Position numbers and translations under genes: made by a program
In this document: positions 55,638 to 63,999 of the stretch, piece after piece
Position numbering within the stretch: the first letter of the stretch is position 1
Layout of the letters: every line of letters starts with the position of its first letter
Virus record (IMG/VR): IMGVR_UViG_3300017763_003980
Strand: one strand, 5' to 3'
DNA length: 64,000 bases
From: a virus
Lineage: Duplodnaviria > Caudoviricetes
Notes under the pieces: model-generated
The model's input: the letters and a program-made list of their open reading frames with translations, nothing else
Databases searched by the model: none
What the model was told of the DNA's origin: nothing

Positions 55638-56353
55638 TATCTCTTGCCTGAAGCTTTCGCGGCATGTACTGCTTTACGGTGTGCAGCTGATTTGAACTTT
55701 TTCTTACCTTCTAATTTTAAATGTAGTTCTTCTTTGTAAGATTCTTTCTTTTTTGATAACCGGTTCATAGCTTTTTTTGCTCTAGCCGCCTTGTCCATAT
55801 GACCATGATAGAAATCTGACTTCATATCCCCAACCTCTTCAGGTGATTTTCCGCTTGTGTCTATTCCTGACTTATCGAAATTTGCAAGGTCTGATTTTTT
55901 ATATTGTTTCTTGAGCTTTCGCTTCATCATCACTTTACCGGCACCTTTAAATGGACCTTCGTTAGTTGATTCATTAGTTGCATTGCAATTACAATGCTTG
56001 CATGTCGGAGGACATCCACAGTCTTCTGCTTTAACATCTGCGCCACAGCATTTGTCTGAACAGTGTGTGTCTTTTTTTGCTTCGCCTACTACAACAGCTT
56101 CGTCTGCTAGTCCACTTTCCTCATAGTCCATATGATGATAAACACTACCGAGCATGTCTGCTGCTTTGGTAATTTTGGATTGTACCCAACCTTCTAAGCC
56201 TTCTGCTTCACTTACACCTTTGAGCATGTCATGTAGCTTAATTGCATATTTGGCAGACTTATAAAGGTCAGCACGAGCCATTTGTACTTCGTGATCACGT
56301 TCGGCAATATCTGCTAATTCGCCTAATCCTTCAGTAATCTCTTTTTCTCTCAT
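55637..56353 (-). CDS. modular putative internal head protein with Cys-rich module
   Basis: MREKEITE N-terminus; HCSDKCCG...CGCPPTCKHCNC. Confidence 0.55.
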   Translation of the reverse strand: MREKEITEGLGELADIAERDHEVQMARADLYKSAKYAIKLHDMLKGVSEAEGLEGWVQSKITKAADMLGSVYHHMDYEESGLADEAVVVGEAKKDTHCSDKCCGADVKAEDCGCPPTCKHCNCNATNESTNEGPFKGAGKVMMKRKLKKQYKKSDLANFDKSGIDTSGKSPEEVGDMKSDFYHGHMDKAARAKKAMNRLSKKKESYKEELHLKLEGKKKFKSAAHRKAVHAAKASGKR

Positions 56354-56378
56354 CTTACAGTTCCCGTTATTCTATATG

Positions 56379-56385
56379 TATTTAT
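56379..56385 (-). promoter_or_regulatory. late-promoter-like box ATAAATA
   Basis: Intergenic, upstream of 56353. Confidence 0.5.
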
Positions 56386-56591
56386 CGTTTAATAGCTTTG
56401 CCGCCCATAACGTTGGCCTTCATATCTAGTGCGTTTTTAGCAGTTCCGTCTGCTTTAGTAGCTTGGGGAGCCTTAGGTGCACCGTACTTACCTTTTTTAG
56501 TTTTAACAGTTGGATTTGCTACTACTGCCATACTACTTGCGTTAGTGCCGCCTGCTGTTGCTTCTTCGTCTAATATTTCGTACATTTTCAT
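56382..56591 (-). CDS. small basic putative internal protein
   Basis: MKMYEILDEE N-terminus followed by a Lys/Ala/Gly-rich body. Confidence 0.65.
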   Translation of the reverse strand: MKMYEILDEEATAGGTNASSMAVVANPTVKTKKGKYGAPKAPQATKADGTAKNALDMKANVMGGKAIKR

Positions 56592-56596
56592 AATAA

Positions 56597-56603
56597 TATT
56601 TAT
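56597..56603 (-). promoter_or_regulatory. late-promoter-like box ATAAATA, 5 nt before ATG 56591
   Basis: ATAAATA-TTATT-ATG. Confidence 0.55.
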
Positions 56604-56608
56604 CCTTA

Positions 56609-56899
56609 TTATTTTCTTTTGCCACGAAATCTACGTACATGACCTGTGTAGAATATCATAGTATACCAAGGATTGTGCCTATACATTTTACGAGTATATT
56701 CCCAAGCTACATTATCTTGGTCTACCCATACTACATGATAACCTCTCCATCTACGTGAAGGATACCATTCAATACTACCGCCGTCTTTAATTAATTTTTC
56801 TAGTGTCCAAAAGTAACAGTTGTTCTTGCTAGTAAATAGTCTCATAGGCCAAAACCAAAAAAAGACTGCCATAAGCAGTCCTGTGTTTAGTAACTTCAT
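56609..56899 (-). CDS. hypothetical Trp-rich protein
   Basis: 96 aa ORF, ATGA coupling. Confidence 0.65.
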   Translation of the reverse strand: MKLLNTGLLMAVFFWFWPMRLFTSKNNCYFWTLEKLIKDGGSIEWYPSRRWRGYHVVWVDQDNVAWEYTRKMYRHNPWYTMIFYTGHVRRFRGKRK

Positions 56900-57627
56900 G
56901 ATAAAAATTTATTCTCTTTAAGATACTGATATATCTTAAAATGTCCTTCTCTATTTGGATGGTGTCCATCTGGCCACATTATAGACTCTTTAGTATATAG
57001 TTCCCATAAATTATTTTGTGCATATATTCTTTTTACAGCTTTTTTGTTTGTGTTGTGTTTACTGATAGTACTAAGATGATGTACAAACATTACATCGTGT
57101 TGCTTACTATTAGGTACAAGTAATTCTAATATACTAGGTATTGCTATTTTAAGTTGTGTGTCTTTTAGTAAATCACTTGTTACTTTAGATAATCCTCCTA
57201 TTAAATATACCTGACCAAGTATTTTATTGTTTATACGAGATATATCAGCAATAAATTCACGTAAATTATTGTTATGCATCTCAACATAATCTTGGTACGA
57301 GTAAGCTTTATCCCATATTTTGCCTCTCTCAATATTACGAAGAGTATCGGTTACTATAATAAAGGTTGCATCATATGGTTTATATGGTTTAGAATCATCT
57401 TCAACTTCTTTATCTAGTAAGTGTTTCTTTCCTTGCATTCTTATTTGATAATGTATAGTTTTGAGACTAGCCCCAGGTACAGAAACATTTTTTACCTCAT
57501 GATTATCTTGTGTTAGATATTCTTCTAAACCTTTATGGGCAACAGCATCATGTCTTCCTTCTAATAGACGATTATATTCTTTCCATTCGCCGCAGCCCCA
57601 ACTATCCCCTGCTAACAATATTCTCAT
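56896..57627 (-). CDS. SGNH/GDSL hydrolase-like protein
   Basis: ILLAGDSW, NVSVPGAS, DGHHPN (DxxH). Confidence 0.7.
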   Translation of the reverse strand: MRILLAGDSWGCGEWKEYNRLLEGRHDAVAHKGLEEYLTQDNHEVKNVSVPGASLKTIHYQIRMQGKKHLLDKEVEDDSKPYKPYDATFIIVTDTLRNIERGKIWDKAYSYQDYVEMHNNNLREFIADISRINNKILGQVYLIGGLSKVTSDLLKDTQLKIAIPSILELLVPNSKQHDVMFVHHLSTISKHNTNKKAVKRIYAQNNLWELYTKESIMWPDGHHPNREGHFKIYQYLKENKFLS

Positions 57628-57632
57628 ACTAG

Positions 57633-57639
57633 TAATTAT
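57633..57639 (-). promoter_or_regulatory. late-promoter-like box ATAATTA, 5 nt before ATG 57627
   Basis: Same spacing as the other sites; no SD. Confidence 0.4.
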
Positions 57640-59612
57640 TATTTTTTAGAACGACCGCTCTTCATGTTGGCACACCAGTGATACATTTTACGCTTTTCAC
57701 CACTTGCGCCTTTGGCACGTTTGCGTAGATCAGTTACTGAGCCTTTACAACTAGCACCAGACTTTTTAACTCTACCTGGACGACTTTTGCCTTTTTTCTT
57801 ACCGTCAGCAAAGTTTTCAGTCATGCCTAGTTCTGCTCTTTTAATCCAATCACGTTCGTATTCTACTGGAATAAAGTCTTCGAGTTCTTCGTCTTTATAT
57901 TCTGAACCCATCCAATCAAATACCATAGCAGGATCAAACTGCATTTTTTCACTTGCTTTGTAGTATGCTACGTAAGGATCTAAGCCGTTTTTAATTAACT
58001 TCATAGCAAGTAATCTAATGTCTAGATATTCATCTTCAATGTCTGTAAATGCACGACTTGTCTTGCCTGTAGTATTAGTTTGTTGATACTTGTCAATTGC
58101 TTTACTAGTATCCTTGCTCATATTGCCTAATGCAACCGCTGTGTCTTTAGACATGCCAACAGGACTGTTTTCTTTTAGCTCTGGATGATATTTCCAGTGA
58201 ACATTTTTTGCATCTTTACTAACTGACTTACCGTCAACTTGAACTTCAATAGGATATTTCTTTTTAGGATCATTATACCAATAGTACGAATCATAACTGC
58301 CATCAGCATTACTACGTATAACAAGTCCTCTTGTATATTCGTCATCGTCTGCTTGCAAAACTATATTTTTACCATTTGGTAATTTTAAATCTGCATCAAA
58401 TTTAACTTTTTTTATATCACCACTATGTGCATCTTCGTCTACGTGTGCATCATCACCCTTACTACCGGCGTCTTGTGTTTTGTAGCCTGCTTTTTTAAGG
58501 CCTTTCTTAAGGTGTTTCTTTTCTTTTTCGCCACCGAAAGGAACAACCATTACATCAGGTTCATCTCTGTTGTCGCTCTTTTTTGCGTTAGATAGATTAG
58601 AAATTGTTTTGCCTACACGTAGAAAATCGTATGCTGTGTCAGCTTTTGTAAGAAAAGTATTTTTTGGGTTTTTAAAATGATGTGCTTCAAAAACTTCTAG
58701 TATTTGTTCTAGTGTATAAGGTAACCTAGCAACATCTGCTTCTTTAATACCCAGCATTTGTAGTGCAGTATATCTATGATGTCCGTTAACAATTCTATTT
58801 TTGCTATCAACTATAATTGGATTGTACTCGCCTGCAACAATATTGTCTACTTGCTTTTTAAAGTTTTCTACTATACGTTCCTCTTGTACTGGTATAAGTT
58901 TTTTTACGTTTACTGTTTCAAGAGTATGTTTGATATTTTCAAGTTGCTTGTTTTTAATTTGTGGTAGTTCATTGCGATTGTAATTTGCTTTAAGTTTTTT
59001 TGTTTTCTTTTTAGGTTTTTTATCTAATGATAGCTTTTTTACATTCATGTATTCGCCACCAACAGGTACATCCTTTGTTGCATTTTGTTTTGTTACAATG
59101 CCAACACCGTATTCTTCAATACTGTCTTTTACTTTATTTTTTACATTTTTAGCTTTACCACGTCTGTCCGGATTAGGATCATTCTTTCTTTTTCTTTTCA
59201 CAGCGTTACTTATAGCTTTTTTACCACCACTTGATCTAAGACTTGCTGCCTTAGACTTGCTTAAACATTTTGGTTTGCCTTCACCTGGTTTAGAATCTCC
59301 GCATTTTCCAATGCGTTCGCCTTTTGAATTGTAACGATCCCACCCGCCGCCGCCAGCGCCGCCTTTTTTACCTTTGCCAAACCATGCACGTAGATCTTCT
59401 TTTACTAGGATTCCATCGTTGTCCACTGTATGACCATCAGGAATTGGTTTGCATTTTTGATCTGTATTACAAAAGTATTCGCCTTCTTTGCATTGTGCTT
59501 CTGCTTCATTCTTTACACAATTAGGCACACGTTTGCCAAACATGGTTTTCATGCCCTTTTTCTTGTAGCCCTTCCAGCAACGTGTTCCTTCTTTAAAATC
59601 GTCGAACTTCAT
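57639..59612 (-). CDS. large modular (polyprotein-like) protein with ParB/Srx-like domain and basic Cys-containing modules
   Basis: MKFDDFKE N-terminus; CWKGY..PNCVK; PIIVDSKNRIVNGHHR; C-terminal basic module with HWCANMK. Confidence 0.6.
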   Translation of the reverse strand: MKFDDFKEGTRCWKGYKKKGMKTMFGKRVPNCVKNEAEAQCKEGEYFCNTDQKCKPIPDGHTVDNDGILVKEDLRAWFGKGKKGGAGGGGWDRYNSKGERIGKCGDSKPGEGKPKCLSKSKAASLRSSGGKKAISNAVKRKRKNDPNPDRRGKAKNVKNKVKDSIEEYGVGIVTKQNATKDVPVGGEYMNVKKLSLDKKPKKKTKKLKANYNRNELPQIKNKQLENIKHTLETVNVKKLIPVQEERIVENFKKQVDNIVAGEYNPIIVDSKNRIVNGHHRYTALQMLGIKEADVARLPYTLEQILEVFEAHHFKNPKNTFLTKADTAYDFLRVGKTISNLSNAKKSDNRDEPDVMVVPFGGEKEKKHLKKGLKKAGYKTQDAGSKGDDAHVDEDAHSGDIKKVKFDADLKLPNGKNIVLQADDDEYTRGLVIRSNADGSYDSYYWYNDPKKKYPIEVQVDGKSVSKDAKNVHWKYHPELKENSPVGMSKDTAVALGNMSKDTSKAIDKYQQTNTTGKTSRAFTDIEDEYLDIRLLAMKLIKNGLDPYVAYYKASEKMQFDPAMVFDWMGSEYKDEELEDFIPVEYERDWIKRAELGMTENFADGKKKGKSRPGRVKKSGASCKGSVTDLRKRAKGASGEKRKMYHWCANMKSGRSKK

Positions 59613-59803
59613 TTTTTTGACTTATTGCCCCAATTCTTTGCGCCTACTTTTCGACAGCGTACTAATGCTCCACTTGCATATGCACTTGGCCAAACTTTGT
59701 AGCGACTTTTAACTTTGTTATAGCAAGCATCTTTTTCACCTGCAGCTTCGTCAAATTCTGCTTCTGTCATAAGTTGTTGTTCTGTTACTTCATTTACTTT
59801 CAT
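59609..59803 (-). CDS. small basic putative internal protein
   Basis: MKVNEVTE N-terminus; KDACYNKVKSRYKVWPSAYASGALVRCRK. Confidence 0.7.
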   Translation of the reverse strand: MKVNEVTEQQLMTEAEFDEAAGEKDACYNKVKSRYKVWPSAYASGALVRCRKVGAKNWGNKSKK

Positions 59804-59804
59804 T

Positions 59805-60050
59805 TCACCACACCTTCTTAATATGATATTCTATTGGTTTCAAAAATTTTAATTCGTTTCTATTATTATCTAAATCTTTAAAAATAATGTGCTTTGGTGT
59901 TACCTTTACAAGTTTCTTTGCTTTGTATTTAACCTGTTTAGTAGATTCAGTTCTAGTTCCGTCAGCATGAACCAATGTATCATTAGATACTGTTAAAATT
60001 AGTTCGTATTCTTCTTTAGTAACTCTTTGCCACCAAGTTTTTAAGCTCAT
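59805..60050 (-). CDS. hypothetical protein
   Basis: 81 aa ORF, coupled. Confidence 0.65.
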   Translation of the reverse strand: MSLKTWWQRVTKEEYELILTVSNDTLVHADGTRTESTKQVKYKAKKLVKVTPKHIIFKDLDNNRNELKFLKPIEYHIKKVW

Positions 60051-60256
60051 TACTTCCTTCCTCTAAAAGTTGCTCCTGTCATATAAGGTTTACTAAACCA
60101 AAGCTCAAACCATTCCTTATCTCCAGGCTTTATATTGTTTTTCTTTTCCTTCTTCTTTAGCTCGTTAGCAGTTTTGCTCATGTTTTCTAGTGTATATTCT
60201 GTATAGCCTTTGTATTCATTTACACCTGCTAGCTCTTTAAGTCGTTCGATATTCAT
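60050..60256 (-). CDS. small hypothetical protein
   Basis: MNIERLKELAGVNE; IKPGDKEWFELWF. Confidence 0.7.
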   Translation of the reverse strand: MNIERLKELAGVNEYKGYTEYTLENMSKTANELKKKEKKNNIKPGDKEWFELWFSKPYMTGATFRGRK

Positions 60257-61269
60257 TTTTTCTTCTTTAAACGTTTTCTAAGTTTATCACTTATATCTGC
60301 TGGATGATCTGGATTGTCTTTGTCTAATGAGTAATATCCTGGTCCCCTAAGTCCCTTTAATACACGCCCAATACCTTCTTGAATATCTTCATCGCTAATA
60401 GTGTAGTATCTATTATTACGTGTTTTAATTTTCTTACCACTTAGTTGTTTTAGTATGTAGCTTAACTTTTCTACATCATCCTCTTCACGAGCAAAACGTT
60501 CTATTTCTTGTTGTAAGTGATTAACTAACGCACTTTTGTCTAAAACAAGATCGCCTTCGTTAACATTATCTTCTTTAGCAAGTTTTGTTGCTGTTGCATA
60601 CATTACTGCATCCGCATCTTTGCCATAACGCTTTTTGAATCCGCCTTTAGCTTTCTTCATTCCTTTGACAATACGTTCTTTTTCTTTTTCTTCGCCTTTA
60701 CTAAGTTCACGCTCGGTAAGTCCCATACCCTTACGTACTGCGTCATATAATGCATTAGCTAATGACTGATCGACTACACCCTGTTTAAATGTATCAAAGT
60801 CATCTGACATCGCAGACGCCCGCATTTTGCTAGCACTCATACCTTCAGCACCATCTGCGTCAGGATCACGTTCGCCTGCACTAACAACACTAATATTATT
60901 AAAGTTATAGTCCTTGCCGTTGTATTTGGTAATAAGATTTTTAAAGTCTTCAACTCTATCACTACCTGCTACATATGTAATACTTGTGTAGCCCATTGAT
61001 TCTAGCTTTTGTAGTGCTTTTATAATTGTGTTTACTTCACTATCTCCAACAGTTACATTAGGAAAAAACTTTGTTGCAAATTTTAATTTAGTTTGAAAAT
61101 CTAAAGGATCTGTTTTAGGTTTTTGTGTGTGGGTTATAAAAAGGAAAGGATCGCCAGGCTGAGATGCTACAACGTCAACAAGTTTTTTATGTCCAATAGT
61201 AGGAGGATTCATTCTTCCGAATGCTAGTGATGCAGCTTTTTCAGCTTCGTATAATTCCCTGAGTAGCAT
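60253..61269 (-). CDS. cytidylyltransferase-like nucleotidyltransferase with appended basic modules
   Basis: AFGRMNPPTIGH (HIGH), VAGSDR, SAGERDPD, GMSASKMR (KMSKS-like). Confidence 0.8.
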   Translation of the reverse strand: MLLRELYEAEKAASLAFGRMNPPTIGHKKLVDVVASQPGDPFLFITHTQKPKTDPLDFQTKLKFATKFFPNVTVGDSEVNTIIKALQKLESMGYTSITYVAGSDRVEDFKNLITKYNGKDYNFNNISVVSAGERDPDADGAEGMSASKMRASAMSDDFDTFKQGVVDQSLANALYDAVRKGMGLTERELSKGEEKEKERIVKGMKKAKGGFKKRYGKDADAVMYATATKLAKEDNVNEGDLVLDKSALVNHLQQEIERFAREEDDVEKLSYILKQLSGKKIKTRNNRYYTISDEDIQEGIGRVLKGLRGPGYYSLDKDNPDHPADISDKLRKRLKKKK

Positions 61270-61599
61270 TTAGTATGCTCCGCATTCAATCATTTTCATT
61301 TCTTCGCCATATACCTTGTTAATGCACTCATCTCGGTCTTCTAGCTTAAAAATTTTTTCTCTTTTACCTAGTTTAAATTTATTGCAATATAACTCCATAG
61401 CTTCGTCAACTATAGGTCCTAATAACTTTTGTGGTGCAATACTTTGTTGCCTACCATAAGCATCTTTCATTTGCATAATGCAAGGAAACATTTTCTTTCT
61501 ATAAAACATAGGATCATTACGCATAAAGATAGAAAGATCGTCTACCACATCAAATGGCATACGAGCTTCTTCTGGTTTTGTAAACTCGTCTATACGCAT
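61270..61599 (-). CDS. hypothetical protein
   Basis: 109 aa ORF, MRIDEF N-terminus. Confidence 0.7.
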   Translation of the reverse strand: MRIDEFTKPEEARMPFDVVDDLSIFMRNDPMFYRKKMFPCIMQMKDAYGRQQSIAPQKLLGPIVDEAMELYCNKFKLGKREKIFKLEDRDECINKVYGEEMKMIECGAY

Positions 61600-61600
61600 T

Positions 61601-62194
61601 TTACCACTTCCTACATGACCAGTAACGTGCCTTAGTGCGTGGACCTGGATTGTCGCAGTTATGTCTTGCTCTAAAACTTCTACGTGCTTTAGGATTATTT
61701 TTTCTAATACGCATGGACTTGCCTTTTACACTTGATCCACCATGGCCAAAGTTAACTTTTTTAACATTACCAGTCTTTGGATCCTTAACGTAAACTTTAA
61801 ACTTTTTTACGTCACCGGCCATTGGCTTTCCCAATTTTACTTTACGTCCTTGATACTCTGCTTCGTCCATTGGATCGTCATCTTCGTTATACCAAAGCAT
61901 ACCATATTCTTCATAAAACTCGTCATCGTCATCATAAGTTTCTTCGTCAATTGGGTCTGTCATATCTGTACTAATTTCGATATCAAAGTCTTCGAAGCCT
62001 GATTCAAACATATAGTTTGCTAAACGATTAGCATACTCTGTTGCTTCATCTTCGTCAAGTAATCTGTCTAAAGGTATTTCAATTACTGTTGCACCTTGCT
62101 CTGATTCATACACCTCGTTATTAGGAAGTATAGACTCGTCTAGCTTAGTTATACTCTCGTCTTTTTCCATTACTATTCTTACAAAGTGTTCCAT
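61601..62194 (-). CDS. acidic protein with C-terminal basic Cys/His module
   Basis: Asp/Glu-rich N-half; after MDE: KLGKP...VKKVNFG...FRARHNC...ARYWSCRKW. Confidence 0.7.
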   Translation of the reverse strand: MEHFVRIVMEKDESITKLDESILPNNEVYESEQGATVIEIPLDRLLDEDEATEYANRLANYMFESGFEDFDIEISTDMTDPIDEETYDDDDEFYEEYGMLWYNEDDDPMDEAEYQGRKVKLGKPMAGDVKKFKVYVKDPKTGNVKKVNFGHGGSSVKGKSMRIRKNNPKARRSFRARHNCDNPGPRTKARYWSCRKW

Positions 62195-62203
62195 ATTATT
62201 TCC

Positions 62204-62545
62204 TCAATGATTCATTACTATTGAATTTACAGTTCCGTCAGTATATGTTATTTGGGCTTTTAGCCATACATAATTTCCGGTAAAATTACTAATAGTACTT
62301 CCTGTACTATTTGATAGTGTTATACTGTCAACTTGAAACCAATCACCGTCTACAGGTGTAGTAGTTAATGTAGCTTCTATTTTCATTGTTCCAGTAAATC
62401 CAGTATAATTATATTGGACAGTATGCAAGCCGTCGCTACGACCGTAATATCCGTCTCCTTTGAAATGAGAGCTTTCTACTGCTACAGAAGTACTATCTCC
62501 TGGGTGGGTGTTTGCTGATAAAATTATTTCACTATTACTGCTCAT
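62204..62545 (-). CDS. beta-rich putative virion protein
   Basis: Start moved to ATG 62545, which lies 5 nt after an ATAAATA box. Confidence 0.65.
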   Translation of the reverse strand: MSSNSEIILSANTHPGDSTSVAVESSHFKGDGYYGRSDGLHTVQYNYTGFTGTMKIEATLTTTPVDGDWFQVDSITLSNSTGSTISNFTGNYVWLKAQITYTDGTVNSIVMNH

Positions 62546-62549
62546 ATAA

Positions 62550-63251
62550 CTATTTATCAATAGTTGGAGGCATATGTAATAATTTGTATACACCGCGTAT
62601 AGCATGTCCTATTAACATATGTACAATTGATAGCACCTTTTCATCACGTACATGTAAGTAAAACCCTCCCATATGTAGATTATCGTCAATACATTGCAAT
62701 GCTTTATCACCTATCCTAGACTTATCTCTATTTGCACGTAACCAATTAGCAAAGTCAGGTGATATCTTTTCATCTTTAAGCATTATTCGAAATGGAAACT
62801 CTGGAGGGCGATCAACTATAATCGTATCATGTTCTAATAAATGTTTTCCTCTAGAATTTGGTTTCCATATATTTTCTAAAGTATATTGAATACGATTAGT
62901 AATGTTATCCAATAAATTATCATCGTTAGTATAGATAGATAAACTAGTTCCGGTTTCGACTCTAACTTTAAAATTTCCGTTTTGATTCTTTAATATTAAG
63001 TATAAGTTCTTAGCATCTAAGTAATGATTCATAGGTACTTCACGTTCTGTTCTAAAGAATGTTTGTACTAATGGCTGACCATTACGATAGTTACTAGCAA
63101 ATTCGTCTAGCTTATCTCTTGTATAAGAAAGATTTTTACTTTTTTGAAGTTCGGCTCTAAAAATATGATTAAGTTCATTATTTAAGGATATTTTATAAAG
63201 ATACTTTTTATAAAAAAGTTTTTTTGTTTCATGCAGATTCGGTGATTTCAT
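62550..63251 (-). CDS. hypothetical protein
   Basis: 233 aa ORF overlapping the ClpA stop. Confidence 0.75.
   Translation of the reverse strand: MKSPNLHETKKLFYKKYLYKISLNNELNHIFRAELQKSKNLSYTRDKLDEFASNYRNGQPLVQTFFRTEREVPMNHYLDAKNLYLILKNQNGNFKVRVETGTSLSIYTNDDNLLDNITNRIQYTLENIWKPNSRGKHLLEHDTIIVDRPPEFPFRIMLKDEKISPDFANWLRANRDKSRIGDKALQCIDDNLHMGGFYLHVRDEKVLSIVHMLIGHAIRGVYKLLHMPPTIDK
62551..62557 (-). promoter_or_regulatory. late-promoter-like box ATAAATA, 5 nt before ATG 62545
   Basis: ATAAATA-GTTAT-ATG. Confidence 0.55.
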
Positions 63252-63999
63252 CTTCTACACAATCCAACTGTATCTCTTTATCACGATAATCGATAATGAG
63301 TGAACCGCCATTTTTCAGTTTACCAAATAACATTTCTCTTGCTAGTTTACGTTTGATATCTTTATCGATTACTCTTTGTAAAGGTCTTGCACCCATTTTA
63401 GGATCAAATCCTTTATCTACTAAGTAATCTAATGTATCGTCTGTAATAGTTAGTGCAATATCTTTATCTTTAACCATGTCCTTTAGCTCAACAAGGAATT
63501 TGCCAACAATTTTCATCATTATCTCTTTGCTTAGTTTAGCAAAAGTAATTGTACCATCAAGTCTATTTCTAAATTCTGGTGCAAAGAACTGTTTAAGATC
63601 AGTGTCTTCATACTGTTGTTCTAGTTCTCTTGTAAAGCCAATTGAATTTTGTTCAGCTTTATGTGAACCTAAGTTAGTTGTTAAGATAAGTGTACAATTA
63701 CGTGCATCAGCTACTTTACCATTGGATCCGGTTACTTTACCATTATCCATTAGTTGCAATAAAATTTGAGAAACATCCGGGTGTGCTTTTTCAATTTCGT
63801 CAAGTAGCAGTACACAGTTAGGTGATTCCTGTAATTTAGTAATTAGGATGCCGTTATTCTCTTCATAACCTACATATCCTGGAGGCGACCCAATAAGTTT
63901 TGCTACACTATGTCGCTCCTGGTACTCACTCATATCAAAACGTATAAGTTTAACACCAAGATTTTTTGCAAGTTGTTTTGCAGTTTCAGTTTTACCTGT
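63229..63999 (-). CDS. clpA: ClpA/ClpB-type AAA+ unfoldase, C-terminal part (5' truncated by the window)
   Basis: TGKTETAK Walker A at the window edge, RFDMSEY, LIGSPPGYVG, LLDEIEKAHPDV, PEFRNRLD, GARPLQR. Confidence 0.9.
   Translation of the reverse strand, partial: TGKTETAKQLAKNLGVKLIRFDMSEYQERHSVAKLIGSPPGYVGYEENNGILITKLQESPNCVLLLDEIEKAHPDVSQILLQLMDNGKVTGSNGKVADARNCTLILTTNLGSHKAEQNSIGFTRELEQQYEDTDLKQFFAPEFRNRLDGTITFAKLSKEIMMKIVGKFLVELKDMVKDKDIALTITDDTLDYLVDKGFDPKMGARPLQRVIDKDIKRKLAREMLFGKLKNGGSLIIDYRDKEIQLDCVEDEITESA

Noticed and set aside
59341-59372. GC-rich CCG/GCC repeat
   Set aside because: It simply encodes the Gly-rich GKKGGAGGGGW segment
872-63769. Many short ORFs in the track on the opposite strand or in alternate frames (e.g. 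872-1186, 9182-9682, 30325-30708, 52524-53084)
   Set aside because: They lie fully inside longer genes that have clear motifs and coupled starts and stops, and they lack RBS or recognisable motifs; treated as shadow ORFs
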